Shown here one piece after another: positions 1 to 12,460 of a stretch of DNA of 64,000 nucleotides. The stretch's first letter is position 1; each line of letters opens with the position of its first letter. The stretch comes from Tubiluchus corallicola (lineage: Eukaryota; Animalia; Priapulida). Location of the stretch: positions 124,001 to 188,000 of the forward strand of contig JAQGDQ010000331.1 in NCBI GenBank assembly GCA_030141605.1, given 5' to 3'. The notes beneath the pieces were generated by a model. The model was not told the DNA's origin, ran no database searches, and saw only the letters and a program-made list of their open reading frames with translations. A program made the position numbers and the translations under genes.

Positions 1-2
1 CA

Positions 3-1841
3 CGAAATAAATTTAATAGCTACAACAGGAAACTCAAAAATAAATATTATATTAATAAATGCAATGATGCAACTACACCTAAGCAAAAATGGCGTTTAAT
101 TAATGACGTACTTAACAGGTACAGAAACGATCAATTACAAATAAATAGTTTACGAGAAAATGACAGTATAATATCTGATCCAGTTGACATTGCTAACAAA
201 TTAAATTCCACATTTATCAATCTCGGAAAATTTGACAACTTGCCACACCAACATACTGCAAATATACACAATATATACAAAAACAAATCAGTAATACAAT
301 CCACTTTCTCATTTACTAGCGTCACAGAATACGACATCTTTAGAATATTAAACAGTTTAAATATAAATAAAGGAAGTGGACCCTCAGACATGCCAATAAA
401 AATCTTAAAAGACTGTGCCAGCATCATTACTCCTCATCTAACATATATCACAAACCAAGTCTTAATGCGCTCAGAATTTCCAGCAGTGTGTAAACAAGCA
501 AACATAACTCCAATACACAAGAAAGATGCTAAAGATGACGCTAAAAGCTACAGACCAATCTCAGTAGTGCACGTACTAGCCAACGTATTTGAAAGAGTTA
601 TCTACAACCAAATAAACCATTACATTGAAAATAATAAGTTACTGTCAAATCATCAATTTGGTTTTAGAAAACTACATTCTACAATAGACGCGATAATTGA
701 TGCCACTAAAAAGTGGCGTTACAACTTAAATAAAAATAAATATATAACAGCAGCATTTTTAGATCTAAGTAAAGCTTTTGACAGCCTCGATCACAATTTA
801 CTACTAGACAACTTACGCCAACTAGGATTCGATTATACTTCTCTCAAACTAATTAATAATTACCTACACAATAGAAAACAAAGAGTCAAGCTGAACAAAC
901 ACACTTTTTCAACATGGGACACACCACAGAGAGGCATCCCACAAGGTACGATATTAGGTCCATTACTCTTTTGTTTATACGTAAATAAAATTCATTTAGT
1001 TTTACATAATTCAGACTTAACACAATATGCCGATGATACAACACTCTATACAGCACAAGCAGACTTTCTAACATCAAAAAATAATCTAGAAAAAGACATA
1101 ACAAATATAAATGCAGCATTTAACTATTTTGGTTTAAAAATGAATGATGATAAGACAGAATTTATGGTAATATCACCCAAATCAAATGACATTACTTCTT
1201 CTAATGCAACACTAAAAGTAGGTGACTGTTCCATAGAACAAGCAAAAACTGTAAAATTTTTAGGCATTACAGTCGACAATAAACTCACTTGGGATGAACA
1301 GTTTCATCAAATACACAACAAGATGGCATTAAGCACGACATGCTTACGCCAAACCAGAGGCCATCTAACCAAGAAAACAAAAATTCTCATCTACAAAAGT
1401 CTAATATTACCACATTATCTATATGGTTGCACTTTACTTCAAAACGTTAAATATGAAAACTTTAGAAAACTAAATACAATGCAAAACTACGCACTTAGAT
1501 TAATTCATGGTTACTCTAACAAAACTGCTAAACAACATGCTGCTTCTTCAACAAGCTTAAGAACGTCTACAAAAATACCAATATTAGAAGCCTATCGAGA
1601 TTACAAAACACTGATATTTCTTTATAAATATATAAATAAACTGAGCATTCCATTTATAAACAATCCCTTGGCATTTATTCCTGATACCACTTTAAACACT
1701 AGAACATACAATTTAAAGCAAATTACAGTAAACAATAAATTTGGAAATAACTCTATATCAAAACAGGCCATACATTTATGGAACTTACTACACAGTGAAA
1801 TAAAACAAATAGAATCTCTCCACCACTTTAAAAAGAAATAA
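3..1841 (+). CDS. LINE ORF2 reverse transcriptase (5'-partial; C-terminal TAA may be a point mutation)
   Basis: The 533-aa ORF 240-1841 extends upstream without stops to the window edge (RNKFNSYNRKLK...KWRLIN...IANKLNSTF). Catalytic YADD is intact. Confidence 0.9.
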   Translation, partial: RNKFNSYNRKLKNKYYINKCNDATTPKQKWRLINDVLNRYRNDQLQINSLRENDSIISDPVDIANKLNSTFINLGKFDNLPHQHTANIHNIYKNKSVIQSTFSFTSVTEYDIFRILNSLNINKGSGPSDMPIKILKDCASIITPHLTYITNQVLMRSEFPAVCKQANITPIHKKDAKDDAKSYRPISVVHVLANVFERVIYNQINHYIENNKLLSNHQFGFRKLHSTIDAIIDATKKWRYNLNKNKYITAAFLDLSKAFDSLDHNLLLDNLRQLGFDYTSLKLINNYLHNRKQRVKLNKHTFSTWDTPQRGIPQGTILGPLLFCLYVNKIHLVLHNSDLTQYADDTTLYTAQADFLTSKNNLEKDITNINAAFNYFGLKMNDDKTEFMVISPKSNDITSSNATLKVGDCSIEQAKTVKFLGITVDNKLTWDEQFHQIHNKMALSTTCLRQTRGHLTKKTKILIYKSLILPHYLYGCTLLQNVKYENFRKLNTMQNYALRLIHGYSNKTAKQHAASSTSLRTSTKIPILEAYRDYKTLIFLYKYINKLSIPFINNPLAFIPDTTLNTRTYNLKQITVNNKFGNNSISKQAIHLWNLLHSEIKQIESLHHFKKK

Positions 1842-2280
1842 AAAGAATATCAATATAACAGGTTTCAACTTCCACATTGTGCATCTGATACTAATTACAC
1901 ACACTCCACTTTCATCTACCCCCGCCCCTGACTCCATATAACGATTAAAAATGAAAATTTAAAAAAAAATTATGTAATGTAATACGTGTTATGTTAGTTT
2001 CGTGTTTCGTAATGTTAAATGTATAAATAGTGTACACTATGTCATGTAAAATTTAATGTACTTTCGCGTAATTGTTTTGTAAAAATATTTTAATATGGTG
2101 TTTGTAAATATGTTCATTTATTGTATATAGTTTTGCACTTTAGTTTTTTTTAGTATGCACTGGACGCATTTGTCTTGAACAGTGTGGTTGTTTTAACATT
2201 GCACTGAGGCTAGCTCAATTTTATTGTAATGAGTGAGCCGTTTTTTATGACAAATAAAGAATTAATATATATATATATTA
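3..2280 (+). mobile_element. L2/CR1-group non-LTR retrotransposon (LINE), 5' end outside window
   Basis: Frame is open from position 3. RT motifs YRPIS, HQFGFR, FLDLSKAFD, GIPQGTILGP, QYADD and KFLG are present. The 3' UTR has a hairpin (2208-2239), AATAAA (~2253) and a (TA)n tail. Confidence 0.92.
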
Positions 2281-3212
2281 AAGCAAAATGACTTGTCATT
2301 TTGTCAGATTAAAAAATTTCAAAAGTGACAGGTTTCAAAACTGTCAAAGAGAGGAACTTGTCATTTTTGTTTTTCTAGGCGGCCTAAATATAAATTCCTT
2401 TTTAATCATTTGCATTCCGTTAACCGATGTTTACTTTATACTCTTAGATAGAAAGACACCTTCTACAAAATAGAATAGCCATTTTTTATTGATTATCATA
2501 ATATCATCGAGCTTTATAATTTTTCTTATGAAACCCGTTAGTGATTCAAGTTCTGATAAGTTTCAAAATTCGTTTATTAAACTCTGAATAAACTATATGA
2601 ATAAACTTCACCAGTGTATCTTACCTGCAAAAACTCGTACAAGTAGACAGCTTGTTATTATTGCACTGATTAATAAAAATTTCACACGTGGACCCATTAT
2701 CTCTAATAATTTAATACCTGCGTAGGATCTGACAGGTAGCCCTGCTGTTTTTCTGCAAGCTCTCCAAGCTTCTACGTGTACAACGCCCGAAGCTATCTAC
2801 TTGAATTCACAGTGGAATTTCAAGAGCAGTTCAGTTTTACACGAAAAACCTACTCTTATTATCCTCACAATAGGGATACAATTGCTTGGGGCATTTTTCC
2901 TTCGCTCTGGATTTAAACCGGAATGCCATCTGACGACGTTTTGTTGTTGTTAACTTGTTCCACTGTCCGCACGTTAAGGACTGCTGGGTTAACTTCAAGT
3001 TCCGATAATATTTGCCAATTTTGTGATTATATGTACACCCATTTACTTTGCTCCACGCTACTTTAAAGACAAACTTTCTTGCTATAATTCGTATATTTTG
3101 CAAATAACTTTGAATTTCTTAAAATGACTCACGTTTCTTTTTAAAAAATTAAATGCTTCATAGATTGCACCAGTTAATGGTTTTTTTGACAGACGAGATG
3201 ATGCCACGTACT

Positions 3213-3536
3213 TATAGGCGAGCGGGCCGATTTTTCCAAGATGGTTGAGCCACTTTTGCCCGACTGAATGTGCAGCGCCAACCCCCTCCAGCCAAAAAAA
3301 GAACTGGCAAAACATTGCCCCACCCCACCCATGATAAAAAAATCCCGGACTTCGGGCACTTCATTTGGCGGCATTGAGGAATTTTGACATTTCCTTTTAT
3401 AAAAATTAGTAATTTATTTTTTTCATCATTTGGCTGGTAACCGAAAAATTTGGTAATTGCCCGAAAAAAATGTGTTTGCTCGAATCCGAGAGGCTGCAAC
3501 ACCCTTTCCCAGCCCCCCCCGGCTCGTACGCTTATA
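3213..3536. mobile_element. hAT-type MITE
   Basis: Imperfect TIRs TATAGGCGAGCGGGCC / revcomp TATAAGCGTACGAGCC, flanked by an 8-bp near-duplication CACGTACT (3205-3212) / CACGTGCT (3537-3544). Confidence 0.75.
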
Positions 3537-6500
3537 CACGTGCTTGGCATAATATCAGAACAAAATATTTCAAATCTTTATGTTACAAATAAACAGAGAA
3601 AATGGCTTTTAAATTGCCCAAGTTTATGTATCAAGATGAAATGTTGTTAGAAAAATAATCTATGAAAAGAAAAAAAGCTTTATAGAATTCACTTTTAATT
3701 AAATTTATAATTACTGTACGCTTAGCAGTTTTATTATGATACAGTTGATACTGCAATGGTACCTTTAACTCTTAAAACTTCCAATTTCCTGTTACTGACT
3801 TAACGTTGCTAATACTATCCAGAGAATATGTATTTGGAAAGTGAATAATCCCTTTTCAGTTTTCATAGTAAGCGCATTTTACAGAAATTTTCGAGATCGA
3901 CCACGCATTTCAGCGAACACGCATATCAGTACGGGCAGTCTAGAAAGCAAAACAAAAAAATGTTTTACACAAGAGTATTATGCTCAAAATTATTAATAAA
4001 CCTTTCAAGGCATGCCTGAACATTTATGTGCTGCATAGTTCAATTATTCGTAGCATCGGTATAAGCTTAATCGAAGTAGTACTATTTGTTGTATGAAGTG
4101 TTTCCCTCACCCCCACCCATATTATGTTTTCGCTCTCGTCTTATCTTGTTGGAGTCTGAAGGCATGAGGCGATATTATTTGATTGCAGTGATATAGGCTC
4201 ACTAATAATTCCCATATAATTTTCATTTCAAGGTACAAGGCGGTACATACGCAGAGTTTTAATGGCAGCTAAATCTCTGCCAGAAAGTAACGTTATCATC
4301 TCTTATGCTTCTACTTTTACATTATACTAGCAAAGAAAATTTACGGTGTTGTTATCCTGCAGATGCACATAATCTCTTAGCATTTACATACACACCATTT
4401 GCTAATCTTACGACGATTAGCAAATCGAGCAGTCGAGCCATTCCCCTGCAAACATCCTGTGCCCGGAAATTCAGCACTGCAAATGCGATGGTTAATCGAC
4501 TGTAATAAACCATATGTTTTGAAAAGGCGTGAGTTTTTTAAACCGTATGTGCGGAAAACTGCTGGTGACATTCTGACGTTCCTGGTCAGAGATTAAATTC
4601 AGAGATTAAATTATGACTAAATTACAAATCAAACGATTTGCACAGGGCTTAAAAAAGAACCCACATCTACCCCTATACCTGTTAGCTAATAATTGCATTG
4701 ATACTACATACCGGTTGAGCATAACTAGACATAGTCTGGATAACTTAAATAACTTACATTTGTATGATAGTTCATTATGTTACTAACGTATATATCCTTG
4801 TGTATGAAATTTGAACCATTCGTAGTGTTCTAATAAGCTTCATCAGCATAACATAGAGGTACTAAAAGATCTATATTTATATGAGTTATTTATAATACAA
4901 ATAATTTCATTTTAATAGAAAATACAAGCAAACTGTACTTAAAAAATGCGAAAAACTTAATACAGTGCATATATATAGTACAACGCACTTTTTTGAACAA
5001 AATGCAGGTTTACTAGTTCTGAGCTCTTTTGCCTTGTAAATTAAGATGTAATCAAGTATTTTCAGCTGTTACACAAAATCACTTAACAGTGTGAGTCATG
5101 TATATTGAAATTCTATCTCTTTAGAGAGAAATATTTAACATGAAACCCATTGAAGGTTTATTAGCGTTTATTTGTGAACACTCAACGTATGGTCTTGTTA
5201 TGAATGTCTTAGTTTATTTTGGCAGTTGAAAACATGTGGTCCATGTTACACGTGTGATACCGCATCCGCACACAAGAACACTAGAGCAAGAGTGTTCTTC
5301 AGCACGACATACCAAGATTTTTCTATTTCGCTGACGGTGTTTAAGCTGATTATAGAAGGATTTGTGTGTTCAGTGAAAAACATGGTGAGTATTTTTTGAC
5401 CATTTATTTATTACATGTGTGTTATGCCAACTTCTAAGTGAAGCTTTGTGCAGTTTTGCCCATGAAGCTTTTCCGTTGACGCCATGCTGTGCAAAGCTAT
5501 TTATTTTCAGGGTGTTGCTCACATGCAGTTCATGTATTTTAGTATGAGATTTTTGAATTGTTAATTAAATCAGTTTGCTCCAGATATAGCAGTATAGGGA
5601 CCATAACATACAGCTGAAAGTTTAATAGACATGCTTTACTTTTTTGAAAAGTCTTCTAATTACATATTTCGACCTATTAGAATAATTGCACTGCGATCTA
5701 CTATAGCTTTGGATGTACGTTACCATTTTTCAAGTTTTATCATGTGCATATACTTTTAACGTGTACAAATACTTCACAGCATCATGTCAGCTTCAAGTAA
5801 AGGTATGTTATGAAACTTGGTAAAGTACAGTGAGCAGCTCTGTAATTGCTATGTCCTTGTAATAGTTATGATGCTCGGGTCACGCTGTTCACTTTCAGTT
5901 TAAATTTCTTTCACTATGTGGCAGCACATGCTTAGCATCACAGAAGTCGAGGAATTCTTTTCAACTGTGTAAAATGAAATTACTAAAATCATTTAATGGT
6001 CTCCAACTTCCTCAGACATTTAGACAGAGCCTGCAAACGTTTGTATCAACAGTTTTTGGTTATTACTGTTATTTTTATGTACATAGATTAGTAATTTAAA
6101 AAGGCAGTGGTGTTAAGTACGACTAACAATTAAACAGCTCTGTTTATTACATATTTATTCCTGTTTACACATCAAAGGCAAAGACCTAATGAAACTTTTA
6201 TGAATTTTTAATTTTTGGATGCTTGGAGCAAATCACAATATTTTGTGCTTTTCGTTTTTGTTTTTTTTATGCTTCGTGTTTAGCTCAGATAATACTTGGA
6301 GAAATTGTCTATTTCTTGTTTGGATCATCACTTTGGCTTCGAGTTTCGTGCCTCGTGCTACATTTCTGTACATTGATATTCTATATATTTTATATATGCA
6401 ATACAAGTAAAATCGTTTAAAATGAATCAGATTAGGAAGCCGACTGCGTATGCATGACTCATCTGTCTCTTCAAACATAACCCGATGAATCACAGCCTAA

Positions 6501-7633
6501 TGTTTTCACAAGGCAATTTGTTTGATTTACTGCACCCATCAAATGTGAATGAATAGAACAATAGAAAATACAAGAGAACTCGTCCATATATATATATATA
6601 TATATATAAAATTATTGTTCTAATACAAGGTAGGGCTGATCGCATTTTCGTATTTCTAACAAATTTGCTTTCAGTTATTAAGAATTTGAGTTCGATCTAG
6701 TACTAAGGCAGTTGTTGTCATTAATTATAAATATCTTAATATATTTATGCAATATTGCCAATTAAAAATCTTAACTGTTCTCAACGTTTTTCCGTAATAC
6801 TTGTATAAATTCATCATTATAGATTTATTAACAGTTATGCTTTTAAGCACAATCCACTGGTGTTTTTCTTTTGTCACCGATTAATCAATATTTTTGTGGA
6901 GCTCTCATATCTATGTTATGTCGTGTCACCCGCAGGCTCAGCTTATATTGGATGACGCATAAAACGAGCAAATGTTGCGGTAGCTAAATGAAAGAAAGCT
7001 TCCGGTGACAGCTGCGTCCAAATTTCCAAGACACGCGTATGCTGGTCATAAAATTGTTCCTAATCACGACAGATTGCTGGATCAGTCCCGTTCAGGAGCC
7101 CCGGGAAGGCATAAACAATAATTCATGAAGCCTTGTGCATTATTGATGCACATTTGGGAGGGTGAAGTGGAAAGTCAGACCGGCGGCGCGCAGTTTTGTA
7201 TGGTCTCATTCTTGGTTACATTAGGTTTTAAGTTGTATGCTAGTTCAGCATTTCAAAAAAGTCTGTTTTTCTGACTGCATTTCGGTTTCAGAAGCATTTG
7301 CTAAGCTGTATGAAGCCTGTTGGCTATTGAAGGTTTACAGTTGAGTGCAGGAGATTTTTATGTATACGTCGCTGCTTCGAAAGTGAGGCACCAGGGACAT
7401 ATTTTATATTGAGGGTTTCTTAATTAATTTTTAACTAGAGCCGTTAATTATTCAAGTACTCAGAACTGTCGCTAGTTTTAAATGTTTACGTGTGCGTACC
7501 ATAATTTTATTTCTAACGATTCGGATTGAGCATATGGACTAAAATTTGCAAACGGTTACAAGATCTAGGTTTTACATTAAACGCTATATTTTAAAGCTGA
7601 GAATTGTTGCCGAGAGCTACAGAAGGCAGAAAA

Positions 7634-8080
7634 ATGGAAGGCGATGTGGTAGCTGATACCTCTGATCTCATTCAGAAAGGAGAGTCGCCAGATTCAGCTG
7701 TATTTACCAAGGTGGAGTATTCTCCAAGCAGCACACCACCACGCACCAAGCCGAAAATGTCGACCATGTTTGGATTTGTTGCTGATGCTCATGAAAACAA
7801 AAGTATCCTGAGTGGTCCGGAAGTTGAAAGTCCTTATGAACGACGTCTGCGAGAAAAAGCTGAGCGTGAAGCCATCACTGCACAGCGGGAACAGGACTTC
7901 CAGAGCCCCAGCAAATATGGAACGCAGTCGATTGATACAAATGTAGGATCTACTGGCGAAGACGCAAATGTCAAAGAAAGTGTAAATGAGAATATGGCAG
8001 GTCGTAGGCTACCAGTAACCGAAGTGATTGAAGCCAAAACGGCTAAGGAAGTTGTTGCTGAACCTTGGAGAGATAACAAG
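7634..8080 (+). CDS. Alternative first coding exon (long isoform) of the DHP/CRMP gene
   Basis: AAAATGG start, 149 codons, ends AAG|GTAAGA in phase 0, matching the acceptor at 23347. Contains PRTKPKMSTMFGFVADAHENKSI, resembling the vertebrate CRMP long-isoform motif (recalled as PRQKYGGMFxxVEGAyEnKTI). Confidence 0.72.
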
Positions 8081-8326
8081 GTAAGAAATTCTTACAACTA
8101 ATGCTAAAATGTTTATTATCTTTGACCAACTGCCGAGCCCATTGTATTGCTGCATGTACTTTTCATGCAGCTTTGACATTTATACATGTATTTATAATAC
8201 CTTAGGGTTTAAATCCTCGTTATACAAGTTGCATTCGATTTTTTGATAGATGGAGAACTAAATAACATAATGTGCAAAGAGCGATTTTACTTAACTTTAC
8301 TTAAATGTGCTATACACACCCACACC

Positions 8327-8330
<4 letters not shown>

Positions 8331-8377
<47 letters not shown>

Positions 8378-8403
8378 GTGTGGGTGTGTATGTATATATG
8401 TAT
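8331..8403. repeat. (TA)n microsatellite with CACCCA/TGGGTG inverted flanks
   Basis: Direct reading. Confidence 0.9.
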
Positions 8404-8741
8404 GTAAATTATATTATAATAGTTTGCACACAATATAATTTTATTGGCTTTGCTAGTGCTGTAATGCTGAATTTGTTCCTGTACAAAACATTATAATGAC
8501 GACTGTTATAATATTTGTTTCTCATATAATCGTATTATACGTATTATGTCAGAGAATTATTGTATGTCATTGTATGTCAAAAATCATTTGCAGCATATTA
8601 TTTTGGGTTATAATGGCTCACCTGTGGAAAAGCTGCGTCGGCTGGAAGCTGGAAGCGACTTCGTTTGAGCTTACAGGCTTGCGCCCATGTTAGAGGCTCG
8701 CGAGCAGGGGAGCTGGCGACCAGTGCATTTTGAAGAGCTAG

Positions 8742-8855
<114 letters not shown>

Positions 8856-10352
8856 CCCAGTTTTCGGTGAAATCCCTTTTTTGTTCTTTATTCAGTTATC
8901 AAATAACCTTTGTCAACTACTCGTTTGGCAGCTTTTGGTCAGAATTTCGCATATTTTAACTTTTCTAGGCCAATTTTTCAATGTTTTTGTGCTTTTTGTT
9001 GATCGTCGCTAATGATCGCAAATCGACTAAAATATTTTACTCTGTGGCCGATTCGTCTGTTATTCTCTATCGAGTGGTGGTTATGCCACTCAAGCCATCC
9101 AAGATACAGAAATTGATTTGTTGTCGATCTCTGAATGATTACTGATCGTATTCCACATGAGAGAGTTTGGTTCTTTGGACAGAGCTTGTGTAAGTTTTCC
9201 ATTTGACATTAATACTGCAAAAGCGTTTCTAACAGCAGGCGAGCCCAACTATTAATGACATCCCAAACTAACATAATTTTCAACAGCAAAAATATTCCAC
9301 GAGGGTGTTGCACGTGTTTGCGAAAGCTAAAATTGAAGTACAGCACTACCGTAAGATATTCAGTGTGCTCTACTAAAACTAGGCATGTTTTAAGATAAAA
9401 ATTCAAATTTACCGGTGTGCTCACGCATGAACTGTCCAACGTGTGTAGTTTGTCAGAAACTAACACATCAGTACTGAAAGGTACAGCACATATTTTTTGT
9501 GCAATACGATGAATGCGTTTCCAAAATGCAGGCGCTATTGCCCGTCTAACTAGCGAATGGCGATCGCGAACGCGAAATTGTGTTTGTGTGGTAATCATTC
9601 TTTCATGTAAGTAATTTCTAAAAAAATAGTATGTTTACTTTCAATATTTTAAAGAGTAGATTGTTTTGACCTACAGTTTAAGATTGGGTCCGGTTTTGCT
9701 TTTGCTGTGCCGCTTCATCCAAAACCGTACTTTAATTCTCGAGACGTAGAAATTCAACTCCTTTTCTTTTTGATCATTTAGTGACCGCTAATTAACTATG
9801 TGAAAAAAGAGGCTACATGTATTTTGGCCCTGAGGCTGGGCGCTGTCGGGATGAGGGGTTGGGGATATTGAAACGCCAGAAACCACTACACACTACATTT
9901 CATTTTCTTCCAAGTTAGGTGGAGTGTTTTGGGTACTTTAGACCTTGTTTAGGGCAAAAGTTGGTTATATTCAAGCAAATAATTCTGCTTTAAAATTTCC
10001 AAACTTAAGATTTTAATATTCAAAAATTACTTACGTACTTTTAAAGTGTTTCTTGCACAGCGATGTGTTTTTAACTTTTAATAATAATAATAGTACCTGC
10101 TATCAAATTTAGTTCACTAAACTACGTAAATCATTCATACACTGTTTAAGTACTGCTTTTCAATGTACTTAATGTACATTAACTTTTCAATGTAAAGGTT
10201 ATAAACATGTTTGTAAAGTTTGTAAAAGAAAAATATAGACCGTCATAATTTGTTTGAATTTCTGAAACAAATGTTAGAAAAAGTATATCAGAAAATATTT
10301 GTATCTTTGTTTAGTGAAAACACGAAACTTTGACTTGTGACTTTTTAGACTT

Positions 10353-10537
10353 TAGTATAAATACTTTGTTTTTTAAACACATTTGTCAGTCTTTATTATA
10401 TGTAATTATGAGCTCCCCATTGGATACAAATAGATATAAATATAAATACATATAATGATATAGCCCTATAAGTATAAATACTTTGTTTTTAAACACATTT
10501 CTTAGTCCTTATCATATGTAATTTTGGGCTCCCCATT
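10353..10537. repeat. Two diverged ~67-bp direct repeats
   Basis: AGTATAAATACTTTGTTTTT...GCTCCCCATT occurs at 10353-10420 and 10471-10537. Confidence 0.85.
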
Positions 10538-10651
10538 GTTTGCACTGGTTAGGGTAACCTAGAAAATTTTCTGGGCAAATTCCTTTTGCCCCCTTACTAA
10601 TTTCCTCTCGCACGCCAGTGTAATCGACTGTGTCCTATCTACCCATTAAGA

Positions 10652-12079
10652 TTAAACCTGCTTTAAATTTGCACATGTGTAAGATAATGTAAGTTCATAT
10701 AAGAGAACATTTCCAAGTTTCTCTGTCTGACTTTCGTCAATCTTCCAGCATTTGTTGCCCGTGAACTCGTCAAGGGACAACGCTGTGGTCTCATTGTTGA
10801 AATGCAGTTGCAGTTCTTTTTCAGAATAACTCCAGGATCCTAGTTCCAATATAAAATTCGTAGGTTCTGTTCTACCAAGGTCTGGGTTGTACACTTCAAA
10901 TTTTACAGGTGCTTTCCAAACAACAGTTCCATTGTGATTTGCTATAACATCAACTTCTTCGTGTGGAAATCGCTTTATAGTATAACTGTTGAAAGAAGTT
11001 AGTTGAAAGAAGTTGAAACATCAAGTCAGTTTACTAAATTAAATTCAGTTGACTGTTAATTAATTCGCTACATACTCAGATACCGTTGGCGCTATATTAA
11101 TTTTATAAACTCGATTTGTAAGTGTTTGGTAGAACTGCTATAAAGGTGTTTTCACATGTGCAAAATATATTACCTGTTTTATATACTATTACTATAGTAT
11201 ATAGTTTACCTGTTGAGTAATGATACATCCGGTTTCCAGATGTTATTTTCGTCTATATGTATAAATTCAGTATCAGATTTCTCCACGTCCCATCTAAGTC
11301 TGTCATCTTTCCATTTCTAAATTTGAATAGAAAAGGTAAATTAGATTCGATATCGAGATGAAATTTTCAATTCTTTCATTCGCTAGTTTCTTCATTCATT
11401 CATTCATTCATTCTAAAGACGATAATTTTAATTATACGTGCTTACAGTTGTCATGACTCCCACGAGAATCAGAACATTGGCTTCCTCATCTACACTGAGA
11501 TGTCTAAGAGACAGAGTAAGTTCGACATTTAGTGGTCTCTCATCGTGCTGCTCTGGGATTTGTACGAACCCTATGTATTCAAGGCGCTTGGCGAGGACTT
11601 GCTCTGGTCTTCTTCTGTCGCGACCAATTCCTAATCGATCAAATAAACTGGCTTCACGACTCTTACTTTCTGATTGGGGAATTCTATCAAAATCCGGATC
11701 AATTCCCGGGCGAAACAGATTCGGGAAATTGTCGCTTCCAGATTCGGAATCGCTGTCTTCAGTGAATCGATCAAAGAAATCTCCATCTCTACCTCCACGA
11801 AATCGTTTAAAAAAACTTGGCCTGCCATTTCTCAAGCCTGTAAATTATTCGTATAAGCATTTACAACGTGTACGTAGCGTACATGTATCTACACAAAGGA
11901 TAAGTGAAAAAATTAAAAACTTTAATTAGATGATGTCGTCTTGAAAATATTGCATCGTGTAAATTTTACTTGTTTTGAACGTGTTTTGAAGAATTTTTCT
12001 CACCTGCGCGATGCCCTTCTGCTTGAGCAGCAAAGTTAAGACCATAAATAATCAAACACGCCAAGCCCAATTTCATCAT
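10652..12079 (-). CDS. Secreted AChBP-like protein B (nAChR ligand-binding domain only; no Cys-loop cysteines, loop C deleted), ~302 aa
   Basis: Exons 12079-12004, 11837-11446, 11316-11210 and 10985-10652, all GT-AG and in frame (909 nt). Signal peptide MMKLGLACLIIYGLNFAAQA; motifs KWKDDRLRWD, IWKPDVSLLN, GTVVW and LGSWSY; stop after beta10, no TM helices. Confidence 0.82.
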
Positions 12080-12353
12080 GCCATACACGTTCTAAGATAC
12101 GTGAAATATCACAACAGCTTATTTCTTTCTTTAGCTAACCAGTGTTACTAAGTGCCCAGAACTTAGAATGCTGAAATAAACTCTTATTTTGTGATTTGGC
12201 AAGCTGGTAATGGCAACAGCTGGCTACTATTTAGTAAGAATTAATTAAAAACTGTAGAGAGTGATTCATGCGTAACATCTGTCATTTACTTCCTTCCCCA
12301 TCCATCAGACAAAAAATAGCTTCAAATACTTATTTTTTTACATGTACATATGG

Positions 12354-12357
<4 letters not shown>

Positions 12358-12439
<82 letters not shown>

Positions 12440-12460
12440 ACGCACACGTACACATACACG
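12358..12460. repeat. (CA)n/(CACG)n microsatellite
   Basis: Direct reading. Confidence 0.95.

Noticed and set aside
131-1119. Minus-strand ORFs over the LINE
   Set aside because: Antisense shadows of the RT ORF.
11438-11929. 163-aa + strand ORF
   Set aside because: Antisense shadow of exon 2 of AChBP-like B.
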